Assembly (NCBI GenBank): GCA_003427395.1
Contig: BFEA01000047.1
Coordinates: 222,562 to 283,289 of the forward strand
DNA from: Chara braunii
Taxonomy: Eukaryota > Plantae > Charophyceae
Length of the DNA stretch: 60,728 nucleotides
Direction of reading: 5' to 3'
The notes under the pieces were generated by a model, which saw only the letters and a list, made by a program, of their open reading frames with translations, ran no database searches and was not told the DNA's origin. A program made the translations under genes and the position numbers. Positions within the stretch are counted from its first letter, which is position 1. Every line of letters begins with the position of its first letter. Of the stretch, positions 1 to 12,737 are shown piece after piece.

Positions 1-310
1 TGGGGGTATTTGGGGTGGGTATGGGGGTGTTTGTGGGGTTATTAGGGGTTCTGGACCATTCCAATACTACAAAGTAGTACAAACATTGTTTTTTTTCCCC
101 CTTTCAAAACTCTTTGGATTTTTAGAAAACACTTGATTTTCAATATTGCTGGCATTTACAACTCAGACAAAGCGAATTCTTTATCCTGGTGTGTACAGTG
201 TACACTGCATTGTCGGGTGCGATAGTGACATCTGAGTAGCGATGAGAGAAGGGAAAGATGGCACATGCATAGGACATACGCATAAAGATTTCCAAAGACG
301 CTGCACGAAC

Positions 311-433
311 CTGCAGTATTCGAGCTAATGCTGCTCTGAATAATTCCGCACGCAGATCCACCAATCGCGGGAGCGCCTGTATAACCTCCTCTTTCGGAAG
401 AGAAGGGAGAATTGGGATAAGGAATCTTGCATC
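311..433 (-). CDS. SYMPK: Symplekin exon: DARFLIPILPSLPKEEVIQALPRLVDLRAELFRAALARILQ (gene continues beyond this exon, probably outside the window)
   Basis: 123 nt, CACAG| and |GTTCGT. The D.RFLIP+L..L.K.EVIQALP+L motif is a hallmark of the symplekin C-terminal domain. Confidence 0.93.
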
Positions 434-709
434 CTGTGAAGACGGGCAAGCAAGGAACATACGACACACATAGCAAGCCCCAAACATGGCAGGATTAACA
501 GTCTGCCTCCGCAAGAGCATTTCAGAATACCACCAGCTCGGGCCGTCATCCACGGACATTGTTTCTCTTTTCCTTCTGCCTAAGCAAAGCCTGAGGAGGG
601 GGGGGGGGATGCAGGAAGAGGAATTGAAGAGGTGTTGTGCTCATATAACTTCACAGTTGTAGAGCATCGAACGGGGGACAGTGAAATTATATACCGTTGT
701 GCCACTTAC

Positions 710-793
710 TTTCTGCTTGGCTTCATATAGGCTCTTGACTCGGTTAAGCAGGTCTTGAGACGGATTCGCTCCATCTGCCAGGCAATGAATGAT
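710..793 (-). CDS. SYMPK: Symplekin exon: IIHCLADGANPSQDLLNRVKSLYEAKQK
   Basis: 84 nt, TGAAG| and |GTAAGT. Matches PS.DL+..VK.LYE.K.K. Confidence 0.88.
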
Positions 794-960
794 CTTCATT
801 GAAGCGGCAAAACGATAAAAAAACACAAGAACATAGCACAGAAAGTGATCAGTTCAGGTTCTATACGGATATACAGAAATCTTTGCTTTCTGCTGCCTTC
901 GCAAGCAGCCCATATAGCCTGTGCTCTCCTGCCCCTCTACCACACCTGCTTATTCGACAT

Positions 961-1385
961 AAAAAACCCTCCTCTATTTCCTACACTGTCTACACCATCC
1001 CCATCAGAAAAATATTACGGGTTCAACCTGTTTAGCAAAACAGTGAAAAACCTGTCAGTTGTTGTCCACCCCTTCTCTCGCCCTAAAATGCCACACCCCC
1101 GTCCTCTCTCTCAGATCAAATCCCGTCAGAAGACTAGTTAAGGGTTCAAGCTGTTTAGCCAAACAGCGAAAACCCTGTCACTCTTTGTCCACCCCTTCTC
1201 CCACCATTAACGCCACGCACCCCACTTGACAAAAGAACCCCTCTCTTATCTTTCCTACACTGTCTACACATCAATTCTCTTCAGAAAACTAGAAAGGGTC
1301 CAACCCATCAGAAAAAGACAAAGTGTCCAACCCATCAGAAAACTACGAAGTGAAAAACCTGTTACTTGCTGTTCACCCCTTCTCC
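961..1385. repeat. Degenerate intronic tandem repeat (about 3 partial units)
   Basis: Blocks TTTCCTACACTGTCTACAC (~977, ~1251) and GAAAA.CCTGT....TGT.CACCCCTTCTC (~1045, ~1168, ~1352) recur. Confidence 0.6.
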
Positions 1386-1764
1386 AACCCATCTTATGCA
1401 TTGAGGTGGACTGAAAGGCCTCCCAGGATAGGGTTCGGCCTGTTCAGTGGAGACAGACGTAACTCACAAATTCTTGCCCTTTGCTGTTGGCTTCCTCTTC
1501 TTTCCCACGCTACTCATTACATTCTCTCCATTTTGAATTTTCCCTGCATCGAATCATGTGTCCATAAGACTCTGCTATACATTCGTTCCATCGGAAAAGT
1601 ATTTCAAGTACGGCAAGTGGCCAACAGTCCACAATGACAACAACAACACAATCATGACAAGAGAAAACGGTTTATGGGTGGGGTCTACAGATAATGTTTA
1701 TGCACAGGTCTCCATCGGGCCGTCCTGCACACGTTTCGGTGTTATGCTGTCATGTTATCTTTAC

Positions 1765-1875
1765 CTGCAAGAGCAGCAGTTCACATGCAGGAGGAGGACT
1801 GGAGATGATCGCCAGTAAGTCCGGGGAGGAACTGCCAACCGTCCGTATCAGGATCGGCACATGCCGCCGAACGGC
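1765..1875 (-). CDS. SYMPK: Symplekin exon: AVRRHVPILIRTVGSSSPDLLAIISSPPPACELLLLQ
   Basis: Translated by hand; not in the ORF track. 111 nt, TGCAG| and |GTAAAG. Matches A..RH+PILIR..GSS...LL.IIS.PP...E.LL. Confidence 0.9.
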
Positions 1876-3345
1876 CTGCACCATAGCCAATCGGAAAAAC
1901 CAACAAGTATATCACAAGAGGCTCGTCAGAAAGAGAGAACTCCGCAAATGATTCCAGGCTGCAAATAAACCATCACCTTCGGCATCACACGTCTACCACA
2001 CACAGTTGCAAGCACCTGAGTAGGGGAGATGCTTTCAAGTCACCCATCCGAGAGGCCGAGGAAAGAAGTAAACCACACAATGATGATTGCGGCTACAGAA
2101 TCAGAAACACGGACAACACTTCCTCCCTTTTTCTTGCCGTATGAAAAATAGCACGCTAGCACAGGACATGGCTCCACTCACTTCGTTACCAAACCAGGTG
2201 GAGGCGCCTCCACCCCGGCAACTCTCATATACCACAAGTATACCCCGTCTGCGTGCGAGGAGGAGACGGGAAGGTGAGAGGGAGTGAACACACACACACA
2301 CTCATGACCAGACTCCGATGCAGAACGGAACTGGTACGATGAGGAACGTTCAGAGAAGAGTACCAGCAGCAACTCGATGTCAAAATCACACTCCATTGTC
2401 CAAAACGGAGTACAGCACAAGATGTCTGACCAGTGTGTGCGACCGGTACATGTACCTGGGAACAGCCTAATGGCTAGGCTGGGCTAAGGGGTATGTACGA
2501 AATCCTTCTTGTACCGGTAAAAACGTCCAAAGGACAGAAATGTAAAATGTGCTGGTACCGAGGACGTAGCAGAAAAAACATAAATGACCGGTACCAGGCT
2601 CTCATGAAAAGAATGGAGCTGACAGGTGTGCCTTGACAAGCTACATGCATACAGCTCCACTGTCATAGTTTTCAGAGTGTTCAAGAGGAGGATGCCAACA
2701 ATCTCACACTGTGGTACCATGAATGATATTCTTGAAGTGAAAACAGATGATCCCCCGGTCTTCCTTTACTCATGGAAGATCATCATGGACAACATCTCAG
2801 GGTCTTGTACATGAGTACAACGTTGCCGGTCATCATACGTATGAAGACAAAGACTTGCATGGGCTGTACCCGCGTAATCCTCACGACAAAAAGCATGTCA
2901 AACAGATGCTAGCTGAATCTGAGGTGGGCCATCACAGTTCGGAATTGATCGAGTTTCTTGGGTTTCCGCCGCCGAGACTTCCTCTCTATGGGTAGGCGAT
3001 AACGGGGCCTTGTGCAAAGTAACGGTGTTTAGCTGTTGCAACATCTGGTCTGCAACTGCTCGCCCTGGCGGTGATACCCTTTCAATACAGCACACTGTAG
3101 GTGGTTCATGCGAGACTGTATTCTCCACCTCAGGCTGCTGCCTCTGTTCCTCATCTGCCAAGATGGACAGCGTCCGATTACGGGTGCAGTCGGAGGATGC
3201 CGAACGTTGCACGTGGGACACAAATGTGGCAGGTAATGGCATCAGTTATAGTCATAGCAGTAGAGACACATACTCTCCATGACAGCTTCCTGAGAACCTA
3301 GACGACAAATTGCAAGTTGCTGACGTGGCAGCAGGAAAGCAGGCT

Positions 3346-3940
3346 TGAAAGGATTCACGCTGCAGACACCCAGTCCCAGTCCCAGGGTCCCGACAAGTCC
3401 CAAGTCCCAGGGCAGTCCCGTAGGGTCTAGAGGCCAGAGCGTCGTAGGTCGGTAGGTGTCGGTACCTAAGCGTCGTAGGTCGGTAGGAGTCCGTCCGGTA
3501 TCCGACGAGAAAAGTCCAGAAGCATCCAGTCCAGTCCGACAGTCCCAAGTCCAATTTTGCAGCATGTCCCAGGAAAGTCCGGAAGCTACCGGACCGACAA
3601 AATATTTGCAGCAGACAGGCCGCGGCCGTCCGGTACCGGTCTGAAGCAGGCCAAGCCAAGTCCTATATTTAGCTGCTACAGTGCAGCGGCTCATCACTTG
3701 TTCAGTTGTGAGATGTGTAAGCGCTGCTGCTGCTTGTGCGTTAAGGCAACTTGGGCACTGTGCGCCTGAAGAAGAAGAGGGCACTTGAGAGATACTCCAT
3801 AGCTAGGCTAGATGTAGCGCAGGAGGACGGCAGCCATAGCCGCCGATGTGTGAGAAACCTGAGAGGGTGTATCCAGGGTAACGATCCAGGGTAGATAGAG
3901 AGAGAGACCAGAGAGAGAGTGAGGCAAAGTGAGTCTAGTC

Positions 3941-3971
<31 letters not shown>

Positions 3972-4180
3972 ACCGTAGCTGCTATCTGGTTGAGACCCAT
4001 TGCGTGTGTGTGTGCGGCAGAGCCGCTGGAGGCAAACATTCTTGTATATTGATAATAATACTGGAGACAACATCTTCAAGTGTTGATTGTATCTCGACTT
4101 GGCTTCTCATGTGTGAACTCTCATGTGCATGTTCGTTGATGTATGCAAAGTTGAACTTGACGAGTACTTGTCTCATTTCA
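3346..4180 (+). repeat. 5' LTR (835 bp)
   Basis: TGAAAGGATTCACGCTGCAGAC...TCTCATTTCA. Direct repeat of 11127-12067, roughly 90-95% identical by eye. Confidence 0.95.
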
Positions 4181-4181
4181 G

Positions 4182-4194
4182 CGGTATCGGAGCC
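4182..4194 (+). promoter_or_regulatory. Degenerate primer-binding site for initiator tRNA-Met
   Basis: CGGTATCGGAGCC one base after the LTR; 11/13 match to the canonical TGGTATCAGAGCC. Confidence 0.75.
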
Positions 4195-5236
4195 GATTCC
4201 CGCTGCATCAGCTCGGAGTTGAGACGCTGGCAAGGAAGATGGCCGGCAGGTGGAAAAAAAAAAAAAAGAGACTAGGGTAGCATGCTGAGGGCCAAAGAAG
4301 GGGCATAGCAAGGAGCAAGGGGAGCATGTACCTGCAATCGAGGAGCTTCATCGAGGGAATGTTCAAGGAGTGTAGTGCTTCTTTGCCCTGGCCCTGTCGT
4401 TTATGCAATTTGAATTTTGTTGTGAATGGTACCTTCCCACGTACTTTCCTGGTGACCTCTGCTGCAAATCTATTTTTCGTTGATGTCATATTGTCATTCG
4501 AGTCAGAAGTCGCACTCGGTCTGCCTGTTGCTTGGTGAGTCAGAGACCGATCTCTCCTGGAGGGAAGGCTCCTCCCCCTTGTGAGGAAAGTGGTTATGGT
4601 TGCCGGCCTACCTGGGGACATAGGTACCCAGTGGAACCCTGATCCCGTGAGAGTGAAAGTTTCGTGTGTGATGTAGGTCGGTCTAGGGTAGCAACTCGGC
4701 AGCTGGATGTATCCCCGGACCTAGTAGGGAGTACGGGCACCGCTATGCCCAATGACTGGTACTGACCAGTGTGCGACCAAAGACTCTATGGGACGCAATG
4801 GGTTCGCCAGCTGTATAATGCACGGGCAAAGTAGGCGTGAGACATAAGGTCCACCAGTTGAGGACACCAAGGAGATCCCCCAAGGACCGGTACTGACCGG
4901 CTGGCTAGTAGCTGGTGATAGTCATACCCGAAAACCGCTGCAATCAGTGAGGAACCAGTCTAAGTCTTGAGAGTGATCCTTCATATTGGTGGGCTCGATG
5001 TCCTGTTTGCGCCGTTAAATAATTCCTGAGGTCTGTGCTGGCTGACTGTAAACCGCCGGTTGCCCACCTGACGTTAGGAGAGCTGTAGTGACAAAAGTGG
5101 GAAGGGAATTAGCTGTCAGATAGCTGTCAGACTCTGATTTAGGTTAGGATTAGTATAAGTATTGAGGACTGTTAAGCATTGAGGTAGGTCTAAGTGGTGA
5201 GGAGGCGGAGTCAACTTACCTGTGCTGACCCTCGCC

Positions 5237-7450
5237 ATGGACGACTACCCGTTGTTTGGCTTCTTGGCCCTGTTCGCTATCTGGAGCCCCCTCCTCCGTT
5301 TCCTCTTTCCACTGGGATTCGCCCAGACCTTTGGCATGCATGTGGTGAGTCGGTCCGAAGCATCCACACAACCATACTCCGCTGACCAGCATGCCGAGAT
5401 CGATAGGAGGCTGGCAGAGAAGAAGGAGAGACGGAGGAGAAAAGAAAAAAGAAAGAGAAGGATAAAGAAAGATTGGAGAACGAGAGAAGGGAATTGAAGG
5501 AGAAGCTCAAAACCTGTCTCTTATACACATCTAGATGTGTATAAGAGACAGACCATACTCCGCTGACCAGCATGCCGAGATCGATAGGAGGCTGGCAGAG
5601 AAGAAGGAGAGACGGAGGAGAAAAGAAAAAAGAAAGAGAAGGATAAAGAAAGATTGGAGAACGAGAGAAGGGAATTGAAGGAGAAGCTCAAAACTCTGGA
5701 GAAACAGAAACAACAGGTTGAGGTCGTAGAAGAAGAGGAAGAAGAAGAAGAAGAGGAGGAGGAGAGACAGGAAGACGACGGGCTGAACTCATCCTACTAG
5801 GAAGGATGAGTGGGCTGAAGAGTCAAAGGCCAAGAGGGCTGAACTCGCAACAAAATTGAAGGCGGCAGAGGACAACGCTGAGAGAGAGCTGCTGATGCAG
5901 GACAGGGAACATGAATTGCATCAGCGACTCCTGATAAAGAAAAGGGCGGAGCTGGATGAGAAGAGGAGACTGAAAGCTGAGGCGGAAAGGATTGAACGTC
6001 AGTTGAAAGAACAGGAAGGCCATGAGGGTGAGTGGAAAGACGACCGTGCCCTCATGATGAACGCCCTGCTACATGGTAACCACGAACTCGCCGCCATAAA
6101 CAAGTTTGTCGCCCGACTTGTGCAACACAATCACGAGTTCAAAGGCACTTGGAACAACTATCCAAGTGCCGCTGCCCACCGAATAGATGAGCATGCTGGG
6201 GGTAATGCACAGCAATTGGAAGGCATCTTCACCTCCACCTTAACACATATTGTCACTGCAGTCAGGCAGGGTAGCGGTAGTGGCGGTGGAGATGGTGGAG
6301 ACGACGGCGACGGAGGTCCGAACAAGGACGGGGACAGAAAGGCAGATCCTAATCAGCCAGAAGGGGGAGAAAGGAGAGAGAAGATGAAGGTGAAGCTTTC
6401 CTTGACATATAACGGGAAGGAGGAGGAGAACTTTTACCAGTGGGAGACACATATGGGCACGTATCTGTATGCACAGTTGATCCCATATTGGGACTGTGCC
6501 TTGATGACGAGCTCGTGCCTTGGTGGGGATGCTGCCGATTTCGCCATCTCCTTGATGGAAGCGCACTCGTATAAAAGATTTCTTCAAGGCCCTAAGGAGA
6601 GGTTCGAAGACAAGAACCTGGCCCGCCGCACTGAACACCTGATCCTTACCATTAGTGATAGAAAATGGAAAAGTGCCGCTGCATTGAAAGCCACCATGGA
6701 TGATCTTTTGCAATGTCCAAATCACGGTCTAACCCCCACTCAGATTTTGAACAACTTTGCGAGAGAGATGCCTGATCCCCTGAGGACCACTCTGTGCCCC
6801 CTAACAAACAAGGACGGAATGGCTTACGCGCAATTTAATAAGATTGCCGTAGATCAGGCTGGCTTCCTAATGGAGGCCAACTACTGCCATTATTGGAAAA
6901 ACTTGCAGAAAGGAGGGCGATGGAATAATAAAACTATCGCAGGCAATATAGAAGGGAAGGACAATCTTCTAGTCACATTCGAGGGAGGGGGAGTCGAGGC
7001 AGTACCCTACAAAAACATAGATTACGGACTGGAAGAGCCTAACAGCAACCAAGTAGCCCACGGAGAGGACTATTCGCCTGCTGCAGCACACGGGGGAGAG
7101 CGACAAGGAGAAAGAGGAGGCCGAGGAAGAGGCGGCCGAGGACGAGGTGGAGGAAGAGGACGTGGCACACAGGGGAGTAATTGTGAAGGTAGCTATTATG
7201 CGGGAGGTAGGGGTTATGGTTCCCCGCAAGGTGGATGCGGTTCCTCCTCCACAGTGGAAGAGGTAGAGGGCACAGACCATGGCCAGCACATCCAGGGATT
7301 GCAGACGGAGAGTCATGGAAAGAGATGGGCATAGAGAAAACGTTGCGGGAGCAAAGGCTTAAGGTCAGCCAGTGCTCGAAATGTGGTGATTCCAACCACA
7401 TTGTCTGCTTTTGCCCTAACTACCGCTACCCAAAAGGGAGCAGCCAGTAG
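5237..7450 (+). pseudogene. Disrupted gag (coiled-coil region, capsid-like region, RGG tract, CCHC zinc knuckle)
   Basis: ORF 5856..7334 has a retrotransposon-gag-like region and an RGGRGRGG tract. The knuckle CSKCGDSNHIVCFC (~7372-7413) is in a shifted frame. The start position is uncertain. Confidence 0.8.
5514..5551. other. Nextera mate-pair junction adapter (assembly artefact)
   Basis: Exact CTGTCTCTTATACACATCTAGATGTGTATAAGAGACAG (two Tn5 mosaic ends back to back) between identical ~143-bp copies at 5371-5513 and 5552-5694. Confidence 0.98.
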
Positions 7451-7869
7451 GAGTCGCAATCGCTCCTGTTGGGCCTTCAGACACAAACANNNNNNNNNNC
7501 GCACTAAACAGACACCCTCATGTTTGAAGGCCCACCACATTGTCTGCTTTTGCCCTAACTACCGCTACCCAAAAGGGAGCAGCCAGTAGGAGTCACAATC
7601 ACTCCTGCTGGGCCTTCAGACAAACAAAAAAACAAAAGCGCGCACTAAACAGGCACCCTCATGTCTGAAGGCCCCTATGGCAAAGATTGACGTAGGCCCC
7701 CACCCAGTTAGCTGTCCAAAGACCGCTTGTGCTAAGGTATCTCTGGGAGGTTCCCTCGTAGGCATCGGTGATGAGCTGATCACTCGTCGCCAAGCTTGGG
7801 CCGAAATGAAGATGAAGAGTAAAGGGCAGCTAATTTTATCAGATGTAGAAACTAGTAGAGACTCGAGAG

Positions 7870-10800
7870 TGAGTAGGCGCATTAGTTGATAGTGGTTCTA
7901 CGCGTAGCTACATTAGCCGAAGGGGATTGCACAAGATGCTCCTCCGCATGAAAGTTATGAAATTGGACGAGCCAGTCATGAGTAGGCTGGCAGATAGTTG
8001 TGAAATGAGAGTCGAAGAGTATGCCGAAGGGGTAAAGGCATACGTCCGGCTGGAGGGGGGGAACAAGGTAGAGAAAGTTTTGCACTCCCTAACTCTGGAG
8101 GACAGCCTACCTTTCGACTTGATCCTAGGGACAGATTGGGGAGAGGCCATGAGAGCTAACGTGAAGATGGGCGAGCATGAATGCTGGCTGCCCAACCCTG
8201 AAGGAGGCAAAAAGAAAATGTGGTTGTTTCATGACTTTGGAGTAGAGTCCAATTTGCCCCTTTGATGTATGAGTGCCCCTGCGTTTGCCAGGCACGTGGT
8301 CAAAGACAATTTGGTTGCCCAAGTCTTCATAGGAAATGTTAGACCGGTGAGTGAGGAAAAGGAGGAGGAAGAGCCAACACACCTGCAGTTGAAAAACTGT
8401 TGAAAGAGTTCGTTGACGTGGGAGAGACCCCCGACAGGAGTAGTGGAAAAGGGAAATCAAGCACCTGATAGAGATAGAGCCCGGTAGCAAAACTCCCAAC
8501 GGGCCAATCTGCCAAATGTCTCCCAAAGAACTCGATGAGCTACGCAGACAGCTTGATGAACTAATAGAGAAATGCCGAATTAATCCCAGTTCATCGTCGA
8601 ATGGCGCACTGGTCCTATTTGTGTCGAAGAAGGAAGGCGAAGTGCGAATGTGCATTGACTATAGGGGTTTGAACGCGATCATGGTGAAGAACGCCGAACC
8701 CTTGCCTAGGATAGATGATCTGTTGGATAGGGTGCAAGGATGCAAGTATTTTTCCGAGATTGACTTGAAGTCGGGCTACCATCAAATAAAGGCACAGCTC
8801 GAAGACCAGCACAAGACGGCCTTTAGGACTCGTTACAGCCACTGCAAGTTTGTGGTCATGTCGTTCGGTCTGACGAATGCCCCTGCTACCTTCCAGAGAT
8901 GCATGAATGATCTCTTGCGTGAGTGGTTAGACGAGTTTGTAGTCATCTATCTAGATGATACATTGATTTTTAGTAAGTCTTTACAGGAGCACCAGCAGCA
9001 TCTGCGCTTGATTTTAGAGAAACTACGCATTGCGAAGTTCAAGCTGGACCCGAAGAAGTGTGAATGGGTAAAGCGTCAAGTATTGTACTTGGGTCATGTG
9101 CTAGATGGAGACGGAGTCAGACCGGAAGACGCGAAGATAGCAGCAATCAGGGATTGGCCCACACCGCACACACTGACTGAACTGCGGTCGTTCTTAGGTC
9201 TAGCCAATTACCTCCGAAAATTCGTATGAAATTCCACCATGATAGCTGCACCACTGCGCAAACTGCTGAGGAAGGAAACAGTTTGGAATTTGGACAAAGA
9301 CTGTACCTCAGCCTTCAAGAAATTGAAGAAGTCGTTGATCGAGTACCCGATCTTAATAGCTGCAGACCCATCACTTTCATTCATTCACAACTGACGCAAC
9401 CCAATATGGAATTGGCGCCGTACTCCAGCAGAACCATGGAGAGGGGTGCCGGCCCTTCGAGAAGGTCGCTGCGTCGACATATGATCGCGAGCTATTCGCC
9501 TTGAGGGAAGCACTGAACCACTGGTGACACTATCTCCTAGGAAGGCACTTTAAAGTCTACTCTGACCACGAGACCCTACGCTGGTTGAAAACCCCTAAGT
9601 TAGATGGGCTGGCGAGATAGATCAGTTTGACTTTGAGCTGAAACCAGTCAAGGGCAAATACAAGGTTGTCGCAGACATGTTGAGTAGATGCGCAGACTTC
9701 TTCGGTGCCATCGTCACTTACCAAGATGCAGGCACCGAGCTACAGCAGCAGATCACGGCTACGTGCACTGATGATCCAGTTTACAGGGAGGTAATAACAA
9801 CGGTGCAGACTGCGCCACACGAAGTCCGAGACTACAGAGTAACCGACGGACTACTGTTCGGAAAAAAAGACAGGTTCAACAGACTGTGCATCCCGAACAA
9901 CGAGACAGTCAAAAGTCTGATCCTGGGAGAGAGCCACGACACTGAGGGCCATTTCGGTTGGAGGAAAACCTATGCTAATCTCCTCCGGTCCTACACCTGG
10001 GTCGGCATGAAGCACAACTGCATTGCATATATCCAGGGCTGTCAAGTGTGTCAGCGGAACAAAAGTTCCACACAGTCCCCACTTGGCCTATTGAGGCCGC
10101 TACCTGTCCCGTCCGGTTCCGGTTACTCTATGTCGACTTCATGGACACGGAGGTTAAAAGCAAAAACAGGAAGAATCAAGTGATGGTTGTTGTGGATAGA
10201 TTTAGTAAATTTGCCGTTTTTATTCCGCTGCCTGCTGAGGCAAAGCTCACCATGTCTTCCGGTCGACACCCGGAGAGTCTGAGACCAATGGCCAGACCGA
10301 AACTGCTCCAGCAAGTGCTACGCATGTACATTAGGCCAGACCAGATCGATTGGGACGAACATCTTCCCAAAGCGCAGTCCATGTACAACAACTCGGTGCA
10401 TTTGCCAAGTGCACGCACCCCTAACGAACTGCACAGAGATTGGCAACCCCAACGTCCGATTGACTGCTTGAATCCAGATCAGACTCAAAGACCGCCGCCC
10501 GGTACAAGGGAGTTTGCCATTCAATATGAGAAGGATCTAGAGCAGGTCAAAAGGAACATCCTTGAGGCCCAGCACCAGATGGTAGAACAAGCTAACAAAC
10601 ATCGACGATCATCGCAGTTTGCAGTAGGTAACTTTGTATGGGTTAAGTCTAAGGAGTTTGGTCCTGAAGAAGGAATCTCGCAGAAACTGTTACCTGCATA
10701 TAGGGGACCATGACAAGTCTTAGATATTAAAGGATAGGCAGATGGTCCGTCCTACAAGATCGAGATTCCACCCCACCTGCACATGTACCCGGTATTCCAC

Positions 10801-11045
10801 GCATCTAAGTTGCTTCCCTGTATTACAAACGACCAGTTTCCCTCCTGATGTTCCATGATTCCACCAGATATGACGGAGGTTATGATGTAGACCGAATAGT
10901 GGTCGAAGATACTTTCCGCACAGGTCGCAGAGGAAGGCCACAGCAGCAATATAAGGTCAGGTTTGCCTACCAGGAGTGCAGCGAAGACCACTGGTTCCCC
11001 AGGGAAGAACTAATACAGACAGCCCCTCACATTCTCTTTCTATGA
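7870..11045 (+). pseudogene. Disrupted pol: protease, RT, RNase H, integrase, chromodomain
   Basis: Protease ALVDSGSTRSYI (~7879) and DLILG.DW. RT RMCIDYRGLN, DLKSGYHQI, YLDD, LRSFLGLANY. Integrase HHCC (HDTEGHFG...CQVCQ). The integrase core appears internally deleted (no SDRD segment between FIPLP and MSS..HP). Chromodomain YDVDRIV...YKVRF...DHW. Confidence 0.95.
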
Positions 11046-11126
11046 GAAGGCCCAGAGAGGAATTAATGTGTATGATAGATAACGTTGAGATTTTCTCGTA
11101 GGACCTCGAAATTACGCCGGCGGGAG

Positions 11127-12067
11127 TGAAACGATTCATGCTGCAGACACCCAGTCCCAGTCCCAGTCCCAGGGTCCCGATAAGTCCCAAGTTCCAGGGC
11201 TGTCCCGTAAGGTAGGCCGTAGGGTCTAGAGGCTGAAGCGTCGTAGATCAGTAGCTGTCGGTACCAAAGCGGCGTAGGTCGGTAGGAGTCCGTCCGGTAC
11301 CTGACAAGAAAAGTCCAGAAGCGTCCAGTCCAGTCCAACAGTCCCAAGTCCAATTTTGCAGCATGTCCCAGGAAAGTCCGGAAGCTACCAGACCGACAAA
11401 ATGTTTGCAGCAGACAGCCCGCATCCGACCAGTACCGGTCTGAAGCAGGCCCAGCCAAGCCAAGCCAAGCCAAGCCAAGCCAAGTCCTATATTTAGTTGA
11501 TACAGTGCAGCGGCTCATCACTTGTTCAGTTGTGAGATGCAGAAGCGCTGCTGCTGCTTGTGCGTTAAGGCAACTTGGGCACTGTGCGCCTGAAGAAGAA
11601 GAGGGCGCTTGAGAGATACTCCATAGCTAGGCTAGACGTAGAGCACGAGTACGGCGACCATAGCCGCCGAAGTGTGAGCAACCTGAGTGGGTGTATCCAG
11701 GGTAACGATCCAGTGTAGATAAAGAGAGAGACCAGAGAGAGAGTGAGGCAGAGTGAGTCAAGTCAGAGAGAGAGAGAGAAGGGAGAAGCCGTAGCTGCTA
11801 TCTGGTTGAGACCCGTTGCGTGTGTGTGTGCGGCAGAGCCGCTGGAGGCAAACATTCTTGTATATTGATAATGATATTGGAGACGACATCTTCAACTGTT
11901 GATTGTATGTCGATTTGGCTTCTCACGTGTGAACTCTCATCTGATATTGGAGACGACATCTTCCAAGTGTTGATTGTATGTCGATTTGGCTTCTCACATG
12001 TGAACTCTCATGTGAATGTTCATTGATGTATGCGAAGTTGAACTTGACAAGTACTTCGCTCATTTCA
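11127..12067 (+). repeat. 3' LTR (941 bp) with an internal ~68-bp tandem duplication and an expanded (CCAAG)n
   Basis: TGAAACGATTCATGCTGCAGAC...CTCATTTCA. The block TGATATTGGAGACGACATCTTC... occurs at ~11872 and ~11942. Confidence 0.95.
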
Positions 12068-12326
12068 GGCTCATGTTCGTAAGCATTATTCAAGCATAGC
12101 ATGTCAGCTACAGGAGAAGAATATGCAACAGCAATCCAAGGATGCATGCCCAAACAGAAGCCAAGTTCGCATTCACGACCCATGAACTGTGCCTGTATGA
12201 AGACACTGGGAATCCACCGTCCTCTGATGGAGTCCCCCCATTATCAGTGGCAGAATCTGTCTGATCTTCACAGGCAAGGAATGCAGCCTGGGCAGGAGGG
12301 GGGAGGGTCGGTCTGATTGTCCATAC

Positions 12327-12389
12327 CTGCTTCACGGTCTTGGGAGATCTTCCATAAGTGGTCATCAGGAGAGGCAGAAGCGAGTGTTT
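12327..12389 (-). CDS. SYMPK: Symplekin exon: KHSLLPLLMTTYGRSPKTVKQ
   Basis: 63 nt, TTCAG| and |GTATGG. Matches K.SLL....YGR.PK.V.Q at the start of the symplekin C-terminal domain. Confidence 0.88.
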
Positions 12390-12527
12390 CTGAACAAATC
12401 CACACCAGCAGCACACGGTACAAAACAGACCACAAAAAGAAAACAGTCATGAATGGCACTGCTGAGGGGGGCAGATCGATCAGTGAATGAATTATTTGTT
12501 ATGTATTTTACTATTTGTTATACTAGA

Positions 12528-12556
12528 CTAGGGGACCTGTTGCGGCTACGCCCGCA
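12528..12556 (-). mobile_element. Helitron-like 3' terminus
   Basis: Minus strand reads TGCGG-GCGTAG-CCGCA (hairpin), then 9 nt, then CTAG|T, followed by AT-rich host intron sequence. The 5' TC end was not identified. Confidence 0.6.
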
Positions 12557-12580
12557 CTAAAAATGGAATGTTTGCCAACT

Positions 12581-12659
<79 letters not shown>

Positions 12660-12737
12660 GACGGTGATGGGCTCTCTCTCTCTCTAGTTCGCGCACAGGC
12701 TTGCGGATTTTCCACTTTTTTTTTCCCTTCTTTTTAA

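Larger units (their letters stand above)
3346..12067 (+). mobile_element. Degenerate Ty3/Gypsy LTR retrotransposon (chromovirus) with both LTRs, antisense in a symplekin intron
   Basis: Two LTRs with TGAAA...TTTCA ends, flanked by GGCT (3342-3345 and 12068-12071). PBS-like site present. Domain order is gag, PR, RT, RH, INT, chromodomain. Multiple frameshifts and stops. Confidence 0.96.

Noticed and set aside
5514-5551. Tn5/IS50 transposon or bacterial horizontal transfer
   Set aside because: It is the synthetic mosaic-end junction adapter with no transposase; treated as an artefact.
7394-7630. Tandem duplication at the gag-pol junction
   Set aside because: Near-identical copies flank a 10-N gap, typical of unmerged contig overlap. 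The same pattern occurs around the gaps at ~15305, 23459, 25467, 44247 and 51163.
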